A DNA stretch of 63,994 nucleotides, filler included, from Catajapyx aquilonaris (lineage: Eukaryota): NCBI GenBank assembly GCA_000934665.2. It is 3 parts of 3 records of this genome, joined end to end, with 100 filler letters (N's around TTAATTAATTAA, not from the genome) between each part and the next. Parts side by side here need not be neighbours in the genome. Positions count along the whole stretch, not along the records: positions 43,132 to 63,994 come from JYFJ02006174.1; 2 more parts are not named here. One strand, given 5' to 3'. This document shows positions 63,028 through 63,994 of this stretch, in pieces; within the stretch, counting starts at the first letter, position 1, and each line of letters starts with the position of its first letter. The notes below the pieces were generated by a model. That model did not search any database. It saw nothing but the letters and a program-made list of their open reading frames with translations, and was not told where the DNA came from. The translations under genes were made by a program, and so were the position numbers.

Positions 63028-63994
63028 GTATAATATTGGCAGCTAAATCTCCCAAGTATCGGTGACCCGCAATGGAAAACATGTTGATATAATTAATATT
63101 CAGAATTAAGCCATTGCCAACGCTTCATCAAACATCACCCCAGGCATGATTTTTATCAGAAGCCTAATGACCTGGCAGAGCCACAGTGACATTCCTTGGC
63201 GTGTGGCACACAATCAGGACTGCATTGTTGTGGGGGGGATTCAAAACCCACAATAAGCGGCTAGCTCGCTCCCGTTTGCATTGAACTTTAAAAATGCTGC
63301 AGTGTGACGAGCCGTGCCTGGCACAACAAAGTATCTCATTTTATTACTTTTCCACCGTTCTGTACAAGTTGACTGGCATTGAACACTTCAAAACATGCCC
63401 ATAACGTACAGACTAATTTGCTAGTGATACCGTCATGTGCATTGTTTCAATGATTTCTGCATCAGTATATTTAGCGGAAAAGAACATTGATCGCTCTCCT
63501 GTACCGCAGTCCCGAGACCAGTCCCAAAATATTTGTACATGTTGGGGGAAGGCAGGGGTGACCAGGTCATGACGTATGTGTACTGTACTAGACTTCAGCT
63601 TAATTTTTAAAATGAATCATTTTAACCTAATAATAATCGCCCAAAATGATTACCTCTTCAAGTAGAACCAATAACTGCTGAATAAAAAAGGAACTTGGAA
63701 AGAACAACTGATAAGAGATGTTTTAACATTTTTATCCAGACTGAAGGTGTACAACAAAATACATCGAACAGCACGCAATGCCCACAACGTTAACTAAAAT
63801 GACGCACATCAGCATCCACAATCCACATTAAATCCTTATGGTTGCAAACACTATAAAAACTGGCAGATGATTTGAACATGCTGAAACTCGACAGGAAATT
63901 CTTTTGCCCTTGCTTTTGATATCATTCACGGCAATAAGACTATTTCCATGCAAAAATGTGGAGAGATAAATGAAGTTGCGGCACTGTAGTCAAA

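Overview
Repeat-rich invertebrate nuclear DNA, very probably arthropod and likely insect. It has spliced GT-AG genes and no prokaryotic features, rRNA, tRNA or CRISPR. Two N-gaps carry an artificial TTAATTAATTAA linker (about 21.4 kb and 43.0 kb), so the three segments may not be truly adjacent. 1-31 kb is a transposon graveyard: many MITEs and foldbacks, a mariner 5'-5' foldback, a mosaic of decayed gene fragments (ankyrin, fibrinogen-related, HMG-box, possibly SRCR), a piggyBac split by a pol-less gag retroelement carrying an unexplained small membrane-anchor ORF, an LTR, a Helitron and SINEs. At 31979-34773 is a three-exon neuropeptide precursor that the ORF track only partly catches; I read it as insect parathyroid hormone (iPTH/PXXXamide). 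After a Tc1 3'-3' foldback and an RTE-type LINE comes a compact gene cluster: a divergent atlastin-like GTPase (3' end missing), a kelch-less BTB-BACK gene with an SPRS repeat, a divergent NF-YA-like gene head-to-head with an NCOA5/Neosin-like gene, and an intronless BC-box-like/LRR gene. All calls come from reading the sequence by eye; no searches were run.
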